Of a DNA stretch of 64,000 bases, positions 1-10,426 are shown one piece after another (the first letter of the stretch is position 1; each line of letters opens with the position of its first letter). Where the stretch lies: assembly GCA_001949185.1 (NCBI GenBank), contig BDGG01000009.1:290465-354464 (forward strand), given 5' to 3'. The notes beneath the pieces are model-generated. The model worked only from the letters and a program-made list of their open reading frames with translations. It did no database searches and was not told the origin of the DNA. Position numbers and translations under genes: made by a program. Source of the DNA: Ramazzottius varieornatus (lineage: Eukaryota; Animalia; Tardigrada).

Positions 1-906
1 CTAGGCGAACATCTGTATTTTTTAAACCCAGTACAGACGCCGATACCCCGAAGCAGGACCTAAGAGGTCCGCCGAAAGATTCCAGAAGTTTCGTTCTCAG
101 AGGTCCTCTAAAATGTTTCAAACTTATGTTTTGGAAATCCGAAAATTAATTTCGACGAACATGATAGCCAATACACGAATAGAAACTTTTACTAATAAGT
201 ACCAACAGATTAGTTCCGCTGTAGTTGCGTGTACCGCTTAGCTCACTTCCGTTTCCCGAAAGATTATCCCGACCTACTGTACATACTTCTTATACCAGTG
301 CAATGTAGTGTGATGTAGCTACAGAGCCGCGATAAGGAGACACATAATTACGGACAGTCCTCTCCTTCCGTTCGCCATCAATTGGAAAAGGTTTCAGAGC
401 CATCCAGATGGACTTGAATCTCATTACAAGATTAGTCAGCCTGTCAACTTTAACGCACGGCCCAACTAGGAAGTACACTCTCCGCACGTTTTTCGCACGG
501 GCTTTAGGTCGTCTCGAAGGGAACTGTCGTTCTAAAATTACGAAAATTGTCTTTGCGATCACTTCGCGGTATCTGCCCACATTTTTCGAGATGGCCAGAG
601 ATCTGCGCAAACGACGAACTCTCCTTTGCTCGTGTCCTTCGTCGAGGCATCTATATAGAACAGCAGCAATCACAACCAGGTCCAGTAGTTGCAATCATCA
701 ACAGTCAAACTCCATTACTGGTCTCGAAGAGTGACACTTTAGCTGAGAGTTTCTACTTGAATTTCCACAACTACCATTAAACCTAATACTCCGTGTTGAC
801 GAGAACGATCGTAGGGGGCCTCTTCCACGGTCGTCATATCTACACAGTATCTGACGTAGTACAACTTTCATGGCCAAGACCAGCCGTTTCCTGTTCCCTT
901 CTTTGT

Positions 907-1092
907 GTACACGCACGATGGGAAATCATGGGACAGTACAAATTATGGGACAGACCTTTTTGCTACGGCGGTACGGAAGCACGTACGTACATGATCGATT
1001 CACACTAATGTGTTTTTCACGACTTTTCTACGGATGAATTTCCATGTTGCCTTCCTTTCCACCTGTCCCATAATTACCGGTCGTGCGTATAC
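907..1092. mobile_element. MITE-like element, family shared with 25894-26095 (opposite orientation)
   Basis: Inverted ends gtacacgcacga..aattatgggacag / ctgtcccataatt..tcgtgcgtatac. The interior (gctacggcggtacggaagcacgtacgtac..cttttctacgg) matches the reverse complement of 25930-26060. Confidence 0.75.
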
Positions 1093-2352
1093 GGATAAGT
1101 TACATTTAAGTTAGTGGAATCATTATTGCGTGCCCATGTCGGCGTTGGCACCTCTTTTTTTGTGAATTTGTCCCGCTGAGAAACTGATACGCAGTAGCTT
1201 GTATGTTTCTGAAATCGGACCTTCCGTCAAAATTCAGGTTAGGGAACGAAGCGCAACTCTATCCGATTTGCGTAACCAAACCCGAAGAAGAAAACTCCAT
1301 CTACAGTACTACTTAAAGCTCGTCAACGCTCGTCATGTTGGCGATCTCGTTTTCCTCCAGCTTCCATCCTAAGCTACATAAGCCTAACGAGCTAGGGTGC
1401 CGCGAGACAGCTCAGCAGCCGGCAAATTCCGGATTATTAAATAGGGAGTGGGAGAAGCTGCCGCTGCCGGAAGTGCCTGGTGATGGAGGAGCGACCTGTT
1501 CCTGCGAAACGGAAAGCGTCCACAATGAGCCGGCGCAATAACCCTGATACTACCAAAACCGTCTAACCTTAATGTGCCACACTTTGAAAGCATACAATCG
1601 CGTGAGTCGACTTCCCGATCTCTTCCGTATCCGGCACTATGCCTTTATCTCCCCATGTTCCACTAGACGTGCTTGATTAACGCTGAACGGATGAACTGGT
1701 GCTATCTCGTATAATTAATGAACTTGTGTACTCCCATTTGATCGTTACAGAGTATCATGGGCCCAACCCGCTTGTGGCGGTTGTGACATTTGTTATGCTC
1801 CAGAGTTCCGCTGGCTTTTTGTGTAATTAGATTATGCCAATCCATTTCATCCTCAAAACTGTTGGTCACTATAGCATTTACTGTCGCTGCCTTGCTCGGA
1901 AAAGTCGAGCACTCCGGTAAACCTTTACTGGACCGTATTTCCAGTTCGCCTAACATTGTCAAACATGCTACATACAGTGTATTCATATCCATCTCTGCCG
2001 CTTCTTTCCAGAGACGTGGAGATTATTATCTAATTGATGTTCCTGACAAGTGAGATGTATTCTTTCTAGCCGATGGGAGTTTGGAACTTGCACAAAACAC
2101 TTTCGGCAATTCTTCAACGTTGGGCAACATCTTTAATAACAGTTGACGCAGTTTGTCGATCATCCTTTCCGCAGCCGTCATATGTTCGTATATTCCAGCC
2201 TTAAGGAGAGATCGGACTGATCAGCTGGATTACCACGTCTTCGTCATCGAGTGGGAGTATTTACGTACATCAGCGAGGGGCGACTCGCGACCAGTCCCCG
2301 AAAGGAACTTGAAGCTAGCCTTGGTGACAGAGAGCGGAGCAACCCATTGATC

Positions 2353-5300
2353 ATGGCGGAGAACGCCCTCTTTGAAAACTCCAGCAACAATACCATGGAT
2401 TTTGATCTGAGCAATGACACGGCGACATCGGTTCGTCCCTACACCGTTGACCATTCGCTGCTGTATCGCATTGTGGCCACTCTGTTACATTCTCTGATAT
2501 TTATCGGAGGAGTTTTCGGCAACGTTGTCTTGATTTTGGTGGTCAAGCGCAATCGTCCACTGCAGACACCGACTTACTGCTACCTAGTAAGTCCAGTTCG
2601 AGTGCTCCTCACTAAAAACAAAACCGTACTTGGCGGGATACTCAGCAGGCGAACGTACGAGATCGTTATTTCAAGTGACGCGCGGTACTCTTGTTACCGG
2701 GCGGAAGCGTGCGCCACTTGAAAGAAACAATCTTGCATGTTCCGTTTGCCGTCAGAAACATCGCTGGCTTCCCAGTTATATCGTTTAACAGTGCAACCTG
2801 CCTATTTTTTTCCACAAAAAGGGCTGAGACAGCACGCAGGGCCGTGCAGGGCATGAACCGTTTTCAGGCTTCCGAAGAAAATTCGCAGAAAAAGGGCGTT
2901 GAAGAAATCCGCAGCTATTGCCATACTGTATAGTGATCATTGTACAGAATCGCCAGTACTGATCTGGTTCGACCATAGGTTACTCGCCTCCCACCCTTCG
3001 TGTTGAGTTGTTGTCCTGGGTCGATAATGTAGACTATCTTCGGTAAAGCAGGCTTTGAACGCTCAGTATGAGGTCTTGCAGTATTTGTTTCACCGACGCT
3101 TTCCGATATAAAGGCTGGAATTGGATGGTCATCAATGCTTTATGCATGTACCTTTTGCTTCAGTAGCATGAATATTCATGTGCGCTTTGTAAGTTGAAAC
3201 CGAAAGGCGATTAAGTGAAAACGCATGCAGCTAACTTGATTAGCACTTCCTCCTTTTTTATTTATTCACACCACTTCGATCGGTCGTGTATTGCACCATT
3301 ACTTCTTTGTGGCAGTTTTTTTGGGGAGGCTCTTCTAATTAATCTGTGTACTGATGGTCCTTCGTCGAGTGATCATGAGTCGAAAAGCATCCAGCATTTT
3401 GCCACGTTAAAGTGAGTTTCCGAAAATGGGAAGGCAAACATGTCGGCAAGGGGAAACACAGTCTAAAGTACCAGGCTCGACACTTCACTTGCGGAACTTA
3501 GTACGGGTTTTGCATGATTGTTTTTGACTGATTACCTTGGTACTTCTCCCGTCCACGTACGTGACAAAACTGCGTAGTGGATGATGATCGAGACCTTTGA
3601 GAATGGATTTTATGTTAGGAAATTCCAGAAACGCAAATTAAAGGCAAGCGTGAGCCAAATTAGAGAAAGATGCGAAAACTGTGGGAAGTGTACGGGCGCT
3701 CGCAGGGAAATCCGTTTAGGAGAGAACGAAGTTCCTTGGCAAACCTGGTAGCGGTTAGAGTGGAGCCATCAGCAAACATCAGGAAAGGCCGGTCAGCTTG
3801 ACTTAACTTGACCCGATGGTCAGAGTATTTCCGGATGGCTACAACAGGACAGACAGAACGGGAAGTGGGGTGAAGGACGACCGTTGATGGGTGGCGTCTT
3901 TGCCACACTTCGAATGTCGTATGGTCATAGAAACCCGATCTGAATGAAGAACCATGTCTTCATTCAGATCGGGGAGAGCCAGAGATGTCTAAACAAGGTT
4001 TCTTTTGTTTTTTCTTTCAGGTCTCATTAGCCTACGCTGATCTGATTGTCCTGTTCAGCGCTGTGCCTGAAGCCCTGATGTTTCACCATATCGGCATTCG
4101 GTGGGTGTTGGGCCAAGCGGGCTGCTCCCTCTTGATTTTCGGAAACTTCTTGGGCATCAATGCTGGTAGCCTCAGGTAAGGACAAAATTCAATTAGACCC
4201 TTACGTTGATGTAACTGTGTAGCCATGCAGGCGCGGAGAAGAATACTCGTTTGGCCAGACTACTGCGGCCGGGGGAAGAAGGAGTTCATTCTGGAGAAAT
4301 GTGTTATGGGTCTTTGCCGAAAAATCTTTCTCGAGAACGGCCATGCAATCGAGATAAACACAGAGGGCAACAGAAGCTATTTACGACACTGCTGGTTCGG
4401 CGCCTATAACAAACAAGCAAGAACAAGAAAACCCCCTTACTGTCCCAAAAGATTAGGAAGCTCCTCAAGTGGCGCAAGATTAACGTATTATTCGCCGGAA
4501 GCGTGCGCCACTTGCAAACTGACCTTGCCGAGTTTGTTTGCCGTAGTTCCAGGCACCAGCCGACCTTCGCACTAAGCTAGGTTTCGTATACTGTAAAATC
4601 TTAATTCCATGCTGATTTTTATAGCATCTTGGCCTTTACGGTGGAACGGTATGTGGCAGTCTTGAAGCCCTTGTTAGCCCAAAGGTACTGCACCGTGGGA
4701 CGAGCCAAGAAGATTGTACTGGCGGTTTGGATTTGTTCCGTTGTCTACTGTGCTCCCTGGCTCGGTTTGACGTTGGTGGTCAGCGATCCTGAAAACCCCA
4801 GCATCCAACTGTGCGACTTCCGGCTGACACGGGAACAATACAGTGCCTTCTTTATCACTGACCTTTTCATCTTTTACCTTATTCCACTCTTGTTTGCCGC
4901 GGTCGTCTATGTTCGCATTGCCGCCGTCGTGGCCAAACAAAAGCCCGGGGAGCAGCTTTCTCGGCAGAATACCATGGTTCATCGCGATGCAGCCTCCCGT
5001 AATACGCCCAGTAAGGGTGTGCCCGGCCATCTCCAGAGGGAGTCCATCGTGGTAGCCAGCGAAAATAACCTCACGCTTAACTACAGTTCCACCCTAAAGC
5101 GGCGCAGTTCTGCCATGCAGGTAAGATAATCAGAATGGGGAAGTAAGCAAGCCTAGCTTTACTTCCCTGAATCGTGGCGAGTTCATTTTGCCCGTTTTCC
5201 ACGAAATACCAAGTTTAAGGTGTGCCTAGCAAAAGTTTGGCAAGCACCAGGGGCGGATTGAGGTTCTCAGAGTGGGTAACGCAGATAGCCGGTAAGGCTG

Positions 5301-6488
5301 GGAAAACTGACTTTTGAGCCTCAAGGCTTGGTAAAAGCTTTCGCTTTTTTCTCCGCAGCAAAAAAACAGCCTGTCGAGGCTGGGAATTTGGACTTTGGGA
5401 CAGGCTGAGCCTCGCCAGCCTTATGGGTCAAATTGCCCCTGCCAGACACACTCATACGAAAAAGGCACAAATAGAGCTCGGCAAACAAATTAACAACAAG
5501 ATTGTTTTTCTAAGTGACGCATGTTACTAGTCTAGAAGACTAGGAAGGTGCGCCACCTGAATAGCTGTTTGAAACCTTTCTTCTAGGAGACGTACGCTGT
5601 GGGCCGATCAAACCCAAAGCGGGCGCCACTTGCAAAAAAAGATCTTGTCGCGTTTGTTTCCCGAGGCTCTCAGATTCCAATGATCTGTGTGCCAGAAACG
5701 ACACTTCAAGATTACTACACACACCCGCCCTAACCAAATAATTCCAAGTCCGGGCAAATTTCCTCCGCCCACAACCCATGGACGATCTACAGCTACGAGG
5801 GTCTACTCTGGCACCTTTATGCCCGAGGCAGTCAAACCCATTCCTAATGCACTCACGTCTGTCGGCGCTGTGCTAGAAACTAGAAGCGTCGTAAGTGCGT
5901 TAGTGATGCGTTTGACTGCCTGGGGCATGAAGGTGCCAGAGTGGACCTCCTAGCTGTAAATCTTCCATGGGTTGTGGGCGGAGAAAATTTGCGCGGACTT
6001 GGAATTACTTACGGACACCTCTGCCCCTAATCATTGGCACGGACAAAATCATTGGTGACGGAGAGAAAGCGGCTTTTCCCTGATTGATCTATTACTGATG
6101 GAGTTTAACTGGCCCGTACCGCTTCCGCTCCGCTGCCAAGGATTTGTCCATGCCAATGGTTAGGGCAGATGCGTGTACTGTACTAACTATTATTGAAGGT
6201 TTTTGCTTTGTACATTTGTAGGTGTTGCCCATGCTGGTGGTGGTGGTAATACTCTTCGCCGTGTGCTGGCTACCCTTTCGTGGGCTCCTCGTCTACAATT
6301 CGTTCGTAGAGATACCTTGGCTGGATTTGTGGTACTTGCTTTTCGCCAAGACGTTGATTTACGTCAACTCAGCCATCAATCCTTTTTTGTACAATGCCAT
6401 GAGCAGACGTTTCCGCGACGCCGTCTACCGCTTTCTTCGCTCCAAACAACGCAGCAACCCAACAACCATACATTTCACTGACTCTTAG
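2353..6488 (+). CDS. TRHR: Thyrotropin-releasing hormone receptor-like class A GPCR; 4 exons (~2353-2586, 4021-4175, 4625-5120, 6221-6488)
   Basis: Motifs GNVVLILVV..LQTPTYCYLVSLAYADL, AFTVERYVAVLKPLLAQRYCTVGRAKKI, FAVCWLPFR and NSAINPFLYNAMSRRFR are typical of TRH receptors. GT-AG junctions join the ORFs. Confidence 0.88.
2642..2751. repeat. Palindromic AAGTGGCGCA-N27-TGCGCCACTT element, copy 1 (TRHR intron 1)
   Basis: caagtgacgcg-N27-tgcgccacttg..gtttgccg. Confidence 0.85.
3660..3930 (-). mobile_element. Relic of a DIRS-type retrotransposon tyrosine recombinase in TRHR intron 1
   Basis: CPVVAIRKY..PFLMFADGSTLTATRFAKELRSLL..YTSHSFRI matches the C-terminal part of a DIRS tyrosine recombinase (CPV..HSFRIG). 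It is frameshifted upstream (TIRHSK) and truncated. Confidence 0.7.
4442..4543. repeat. Palindromic element copy 2 (TRHR intron 2)
   Basis: caagtggcgca-N27-tgcgccacttg..gagtttgtttgccg. Confidence 0.9.
5248..5441. mobile_element. Degenerate hAT-like MITE
   Basis: Termini caggggcggattga / tcaaattgcccctg. TSD not clearly preserved. Confidence 0.45.
5477..5664. repeat. Palindromic element copy 3, double core (TRHR intron 3)
   Basis: ctcggcaaacaaa..taagtgacgca..tgcgccacc..ggcgccacttg..gatcttgtcgcgtttgtttcccgag. Confidence 0.8.
5739..6007. repeat. Long fold-back (inverted repeat with ~110-bp arms)
   Basis: taattccaagtcc..ccgcccacaacccatgga..ctctggcacct..ggcagtcaaac is mirrored by gtttgactgcc..aggtgccagag..tccatgggttgtgggcgg..ggacttggaatta. 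Confidence 0.9.
6015..6177. repeat. Second fold-back (~55-bp arms) abutting the first
   Basis: tctgcccctaatcattggcacggacaaa..gcgg pairs with ccgc..tttgtccatgccaatggttagggcaga. Confidence 0.8.
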
Positions 6489-6897
6489 TCTGGCGTAATC
6501 CGTGTCCTTCTTTCTGATACTTCTGCACTAAAATCTTAGTAAACGACAGAAAGACCTCAATATGCGTCTTGCGGTATCACAGAACGATGCGGTACATAAA
6601 TTTCACTTTAGTACGAAACAAAAGGAAAATTCCACTCCAGCGATCTTACTGTACACTGCATAAATACGGTCATCGACGTTATCATACTCATACTTCAGCG
6701 AATTTAAAAGTCGCGATAAGATACGCTTGTTGGACGATACCAAGAAGTAGCCCGAGCTCCAACTCAACAAATGGTCAGCATAGGCCACAAGGTCTTTAAA
6801 ATATGTTTCAGATTGACACTGTGAAAATTAGAGCATAGTTGGCGTTTATATTTAACAAGACTTCTGCGTTGTTGAATACATGCTCCCAGATCGAAAC

Positions 6898-9396
6898 ATG
6901 GTTTTCAACAAGGCCTTTGTGCTCGTATCATTGGGCTGCCTGGCTATTTGTGCTTATGGATCAGTTATCCCAGGAAGATGTCCAGTGGTACCTGTTAAAA
7001 CCGACTTCCAACCTGACCGGGTAAGTTTCCCATCTCATCCATATACAGTGCGGCGAAGCAAACTTGTCCCTTCTGTTTTGTCAAACGTGTCCGAGTCCAT
7101 TTTCATGACTATCTTTATAAACTAAAAAGAAAGCCCATCTTCCAAGGTACAAAAATTTTCTGAAAACATCCTAGTTAACTGATCTGTCGTCGGCCTGGGG
7201 GCCTTTTCATGTATGCGGTTAGTGATCGGGGCAAACCGTAGTTTTTCTCGAAGGTCTGAATTCTACTTGAATTCAGGCTGAAATATCTCGGCCTTACTGT
7301 CGTTTTTCCCACGTTAGCTTGGATTCCCCAGCTTTCTGCATCAGCCGCATGGTCCGACTGCGAAACATCAGTTTTCTAGATTCAAAAATCGTTTTGCAAA
7401 AGGATGAAAAAAGCAGTTCGTGCGCCAATTTTCGCGTTGAGCCGTTGAAGTTTTGGTTCGGAATTCTGGATATTCTTATCAGTCATGGGATACCTGGGTA
7501 GTGTCTGACAGAAGAAAGTTAGGGCTTTCTCGTCGAAATTATGACTGATTGTAGAACTTACTCCGAAAGGCGACCGAATTTGTAGAAAAAATTGGGCGAG
7601 TTTGCTTCGCCGCACTGTATCTGCTGGCCACTCGCCATTTCATATCAGAAAGCTCTCTCTTGTAGTATTTAGGAGTATGGTACGAGATCCGGAAGTATTT
7701 TTCCATCTCAGACTACGGTCTGAACTGTTCAAAGACCAATGTTACCAAGCTGGGAACCAATCTGTACCGTCTGGATAACAGCGCCACCGGTCTGGATAAG
7801 AACGGCAAGTGAGTACACAATTTCATGTCATCGCCGCTCGTTTTGTGTAGCACATGACTGCTCTTTCCTGTTCACTTCAATCAACTTCCGGACGTTCATA
7901 CTTCTCCCGTTTTGCAGTAAGACAGCTCTGAACACATCGGCCGCCGCCTACGCCCCCAACCCCAGCATACCGGCCAAACTGTCCGTCCTCTTCGGCAAAT
8001 CGGGTAACTAAATTATAAAGAATAATGTAGTGAAGAACCAAGCTCAAGGACTCATTCTGCAGACTACACTGTGTCTCTGTCAAGAGAGTTTGACTGTGAT
8101 ATTTTTATGCAGCTTATTCTCCGGCATCCGACTACTGGATCGTCGATTCGGACTACACCAACTTTACCATCGTATGTTTTATTTGCACTTTTCGGTCATG
8201 AGTTTCGAGCATTTCACGTTCGTATGCACAGATATCATAACGGTGCAAAATTAATAGGTGTGGTCATGCCGAAACGTGGCTAGTGGTCTTCTTCACAATG
8301 GTAAGTTTCGCGAGGCACCGATCGGGACCGGTCTTTGCTGGATACCCAAAGCGCAGAGGTTTCGAGCACTCGGTCTGACGAGCCCAAATAAAATGAGCTC
8401 GAGCTCGACCTGCAGATGTCACTTCAACAGCTTCATCAGCTTCACTGTCTCTTATAGGTATTTGGGCAGTAACCCCCTATCTGCATTCAAAAATTCGTGA
8501 TTCCCTTCGTTATCAACCGATTTTGATATTTTAGAGTTTCCCAAAGAGATTAATGTTTTATTCTGAGGATCACGTGACTTTCGTACGACCTCATCAACAA
8601 ATCAACTGGCAGTACTCGAGCTACGAACCGTCAAAAGTACCTTGTTTTTGGCACCATCCTCAGGCTCTCAGCCAGCAGCTAGGACAATTCGCTTATCATC
8701 ATAACGTAGTGTCAGTATCGGTCTTGGTACAAGGCCTATATGTGGATTTTTCTGAGCTCTGCAGAGAAGGGTTTGCAAATATGGCAACCAGGAAGTATTT
8801 CCGGTTGTTTTCGGTTGTTAATGTTCCGCACGCCTTGTTTCTGATACGTCCGCCGCCAAGATACGCGCTAGTGGCAGCTAATTCAGTGAAATGGTCAAGC
8901 TTTCTTGTTAACGCCATTCGATCGGTCGAAACAGAAGATATCGAAAGTTAAACGTAGAATCGTGCGTTTTTCACGGCGAGAAACTCAGATCGACATATTG
9001 GCAAAACTTTCATTAATCTCTCTGGGAAACGTTAAAATTGGTTGATAACGAAGGAAAACACGAATTTTTGAATGAATGTTGGGGGTGCCCAGATACTTAT
9101 GAGAGACAGTGTGTCAATGATACTGGAGCTTAATTTGGCTTAATATCGAATGATACTATCAAAGATCAATGATACTGTCAGTGATACTGATACTACCAAT
9201 GATACTGGAGTTTCAGGCCAAATTCACTGTGTTGATGACTGTGTTGCCTACGTTTGCAGCTCATGCGTGGGTAATTAGTCGCAACATCACGGGATTTTCA
9301 CCGGAAGTGGAAGCTAAGATTGACGCATCTCTGAGCAAAAGCAATATTGATTCCACTCTGTTTCGACAAACTGTCCAAACCGGATGTGTCAACTGA
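6898..9396 (+). CDS. Apolipoprotein D-like lipocalin (secreted), ~6 exons
   Basis: Signal peptide, then GRCPVVPVKTDFQPDR|YLGVWYEI (lipocalin GxWYE), YWIVDSDYTNFTIVWSC and AWVISRN..QTGC. Confidence 0.88.
7046..7617. mobile_element. Tc1/mariner-type MITE in lipocalin intron 1
   Basis: Perfect TIR cagtgcggcgaagcaaact / agtttgcttcgccgcactg, flanked by TA on both sides. Confidence 0.9.
8443..9111. mobile_element. MITE with long (~110 bp) imperfect TIRs in the last lipocalin intron
   Basis: cactgtctcttataggtatttgggca..cattcaaaaattcgtg..ccttcgttatcaacc is mirrored by ggttgataacgaagg..cacgaatttttgaatg..tgcccagatacttatgagagacagtg. Confidence 0.85.
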
Positions 9397-9750
9397 AAGC
9401 CCGGTTAATCCCACGTAATCCTGGGAGAACATCATGACATTGTTCACTTGCAATTGGGCAGAGTGCGCTGTTGATCTATCAAATACTCTTCGTATTCGCT
9501 CGAGCTTTTACAGACCAATCAATGTCAGTGAACAAGTTCACTTTTATTATCACTAGAATATCGATATTGAAGAAAAACTCGATTTGATTGGTTCTCATTT
9601 CTAAGTTTCAAAAGATGTACGTAAACAAATAAAAAGCAGCCCGGCACAAGCTACACTTCTTGAATTCGATTTTGACTTCCGGCAAACGCAGTATGAACAT
9701 GTTACAAGAAATCCCGGAACAGCTGCACTTCTTATGTCGGTATACAAGAG

Positions 9751-9861
9751 TTGGCAAACAAGCTCTACGATTTCGTTTTCACAAGTGGCGCAAGTCTTTG
9801 GTGGTATTGGCTGGAAGTGTGCGCCACTTGAAAGAGCGTTCTGGCCGAATTTGTCTGCCAA
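9751..9861. repeat. Palindromic element copy 4 (between lipocalin and sGC)
   Basis: ttggcaaacaa..caagtggcgca-N27-tgcgccacttg..tttgtctgccaa. Confidence 0.9.
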
Positions 9862-10426
9862 GCTTCAATATGTATATTGTAGAGTGTGCTGATGCAAGCG
9901 GAAATGAACAGAGAGCCCGCTGGTCTTTCGGCACCTCAGTTCTCTGTGGCTTTCAGTGCGCTGTTTCGTCCGGAAGGAATCTTGCCTGTGACAGAGAGAA
10001 GCACGGTATAGCCGGCTTTGACGGAGAAATCAAGCTAGAAAACGGTATTTTAACGCAAGGAGGAAATGACTCCCTTGAGGTTGCCCAGAGTCTATTCAGC
10101 GCACGTCTCGTTTCAATTAGCTTTTGACAACCAACAGTAGCACGTCCACGGTAATGTACCAGGAAGACAGGATATAGCCTTTTTTCATCGAGATCTGTGC
10201 GCTGAGTCCTTCAATGGAGGCGAACAACCAGCACAACCTCCGCGATGCCCACACTTCACTTCGTTAGATTGCCACAGATCCCCCGCATCATTGTCGAATT
10301 TAAAGCTACGGCGCTGTGTTGTGGAGAAATCATAGCTTCGATCGAGCCTCCAATATCAGGCCAAGATTTTAGCACTGTTCTCACTTCTGAGTATTTTTGA
10401 TTTTTTTCGAAAAAAGCTAGGGCGGA

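Noticed and set aside
290-780. Overlapping ORFs of 77-134 aa at the window start
   Set aside because: No recognisable domain or consistent splice pattern on either strand.
9117-9210. Short atgatact repeats next to the MITE end
   Set aside because: Degenerate intronic minisatellite with no further support.
9660-10127. 155-aa ORF, and many other short ORFs containing KWRT/VRHL/PSGA peptides
   Set aside because: These peptides are translations of the palindromic element (AAGTGGCGCAC/GTGCGCCACTT), not a protein family.
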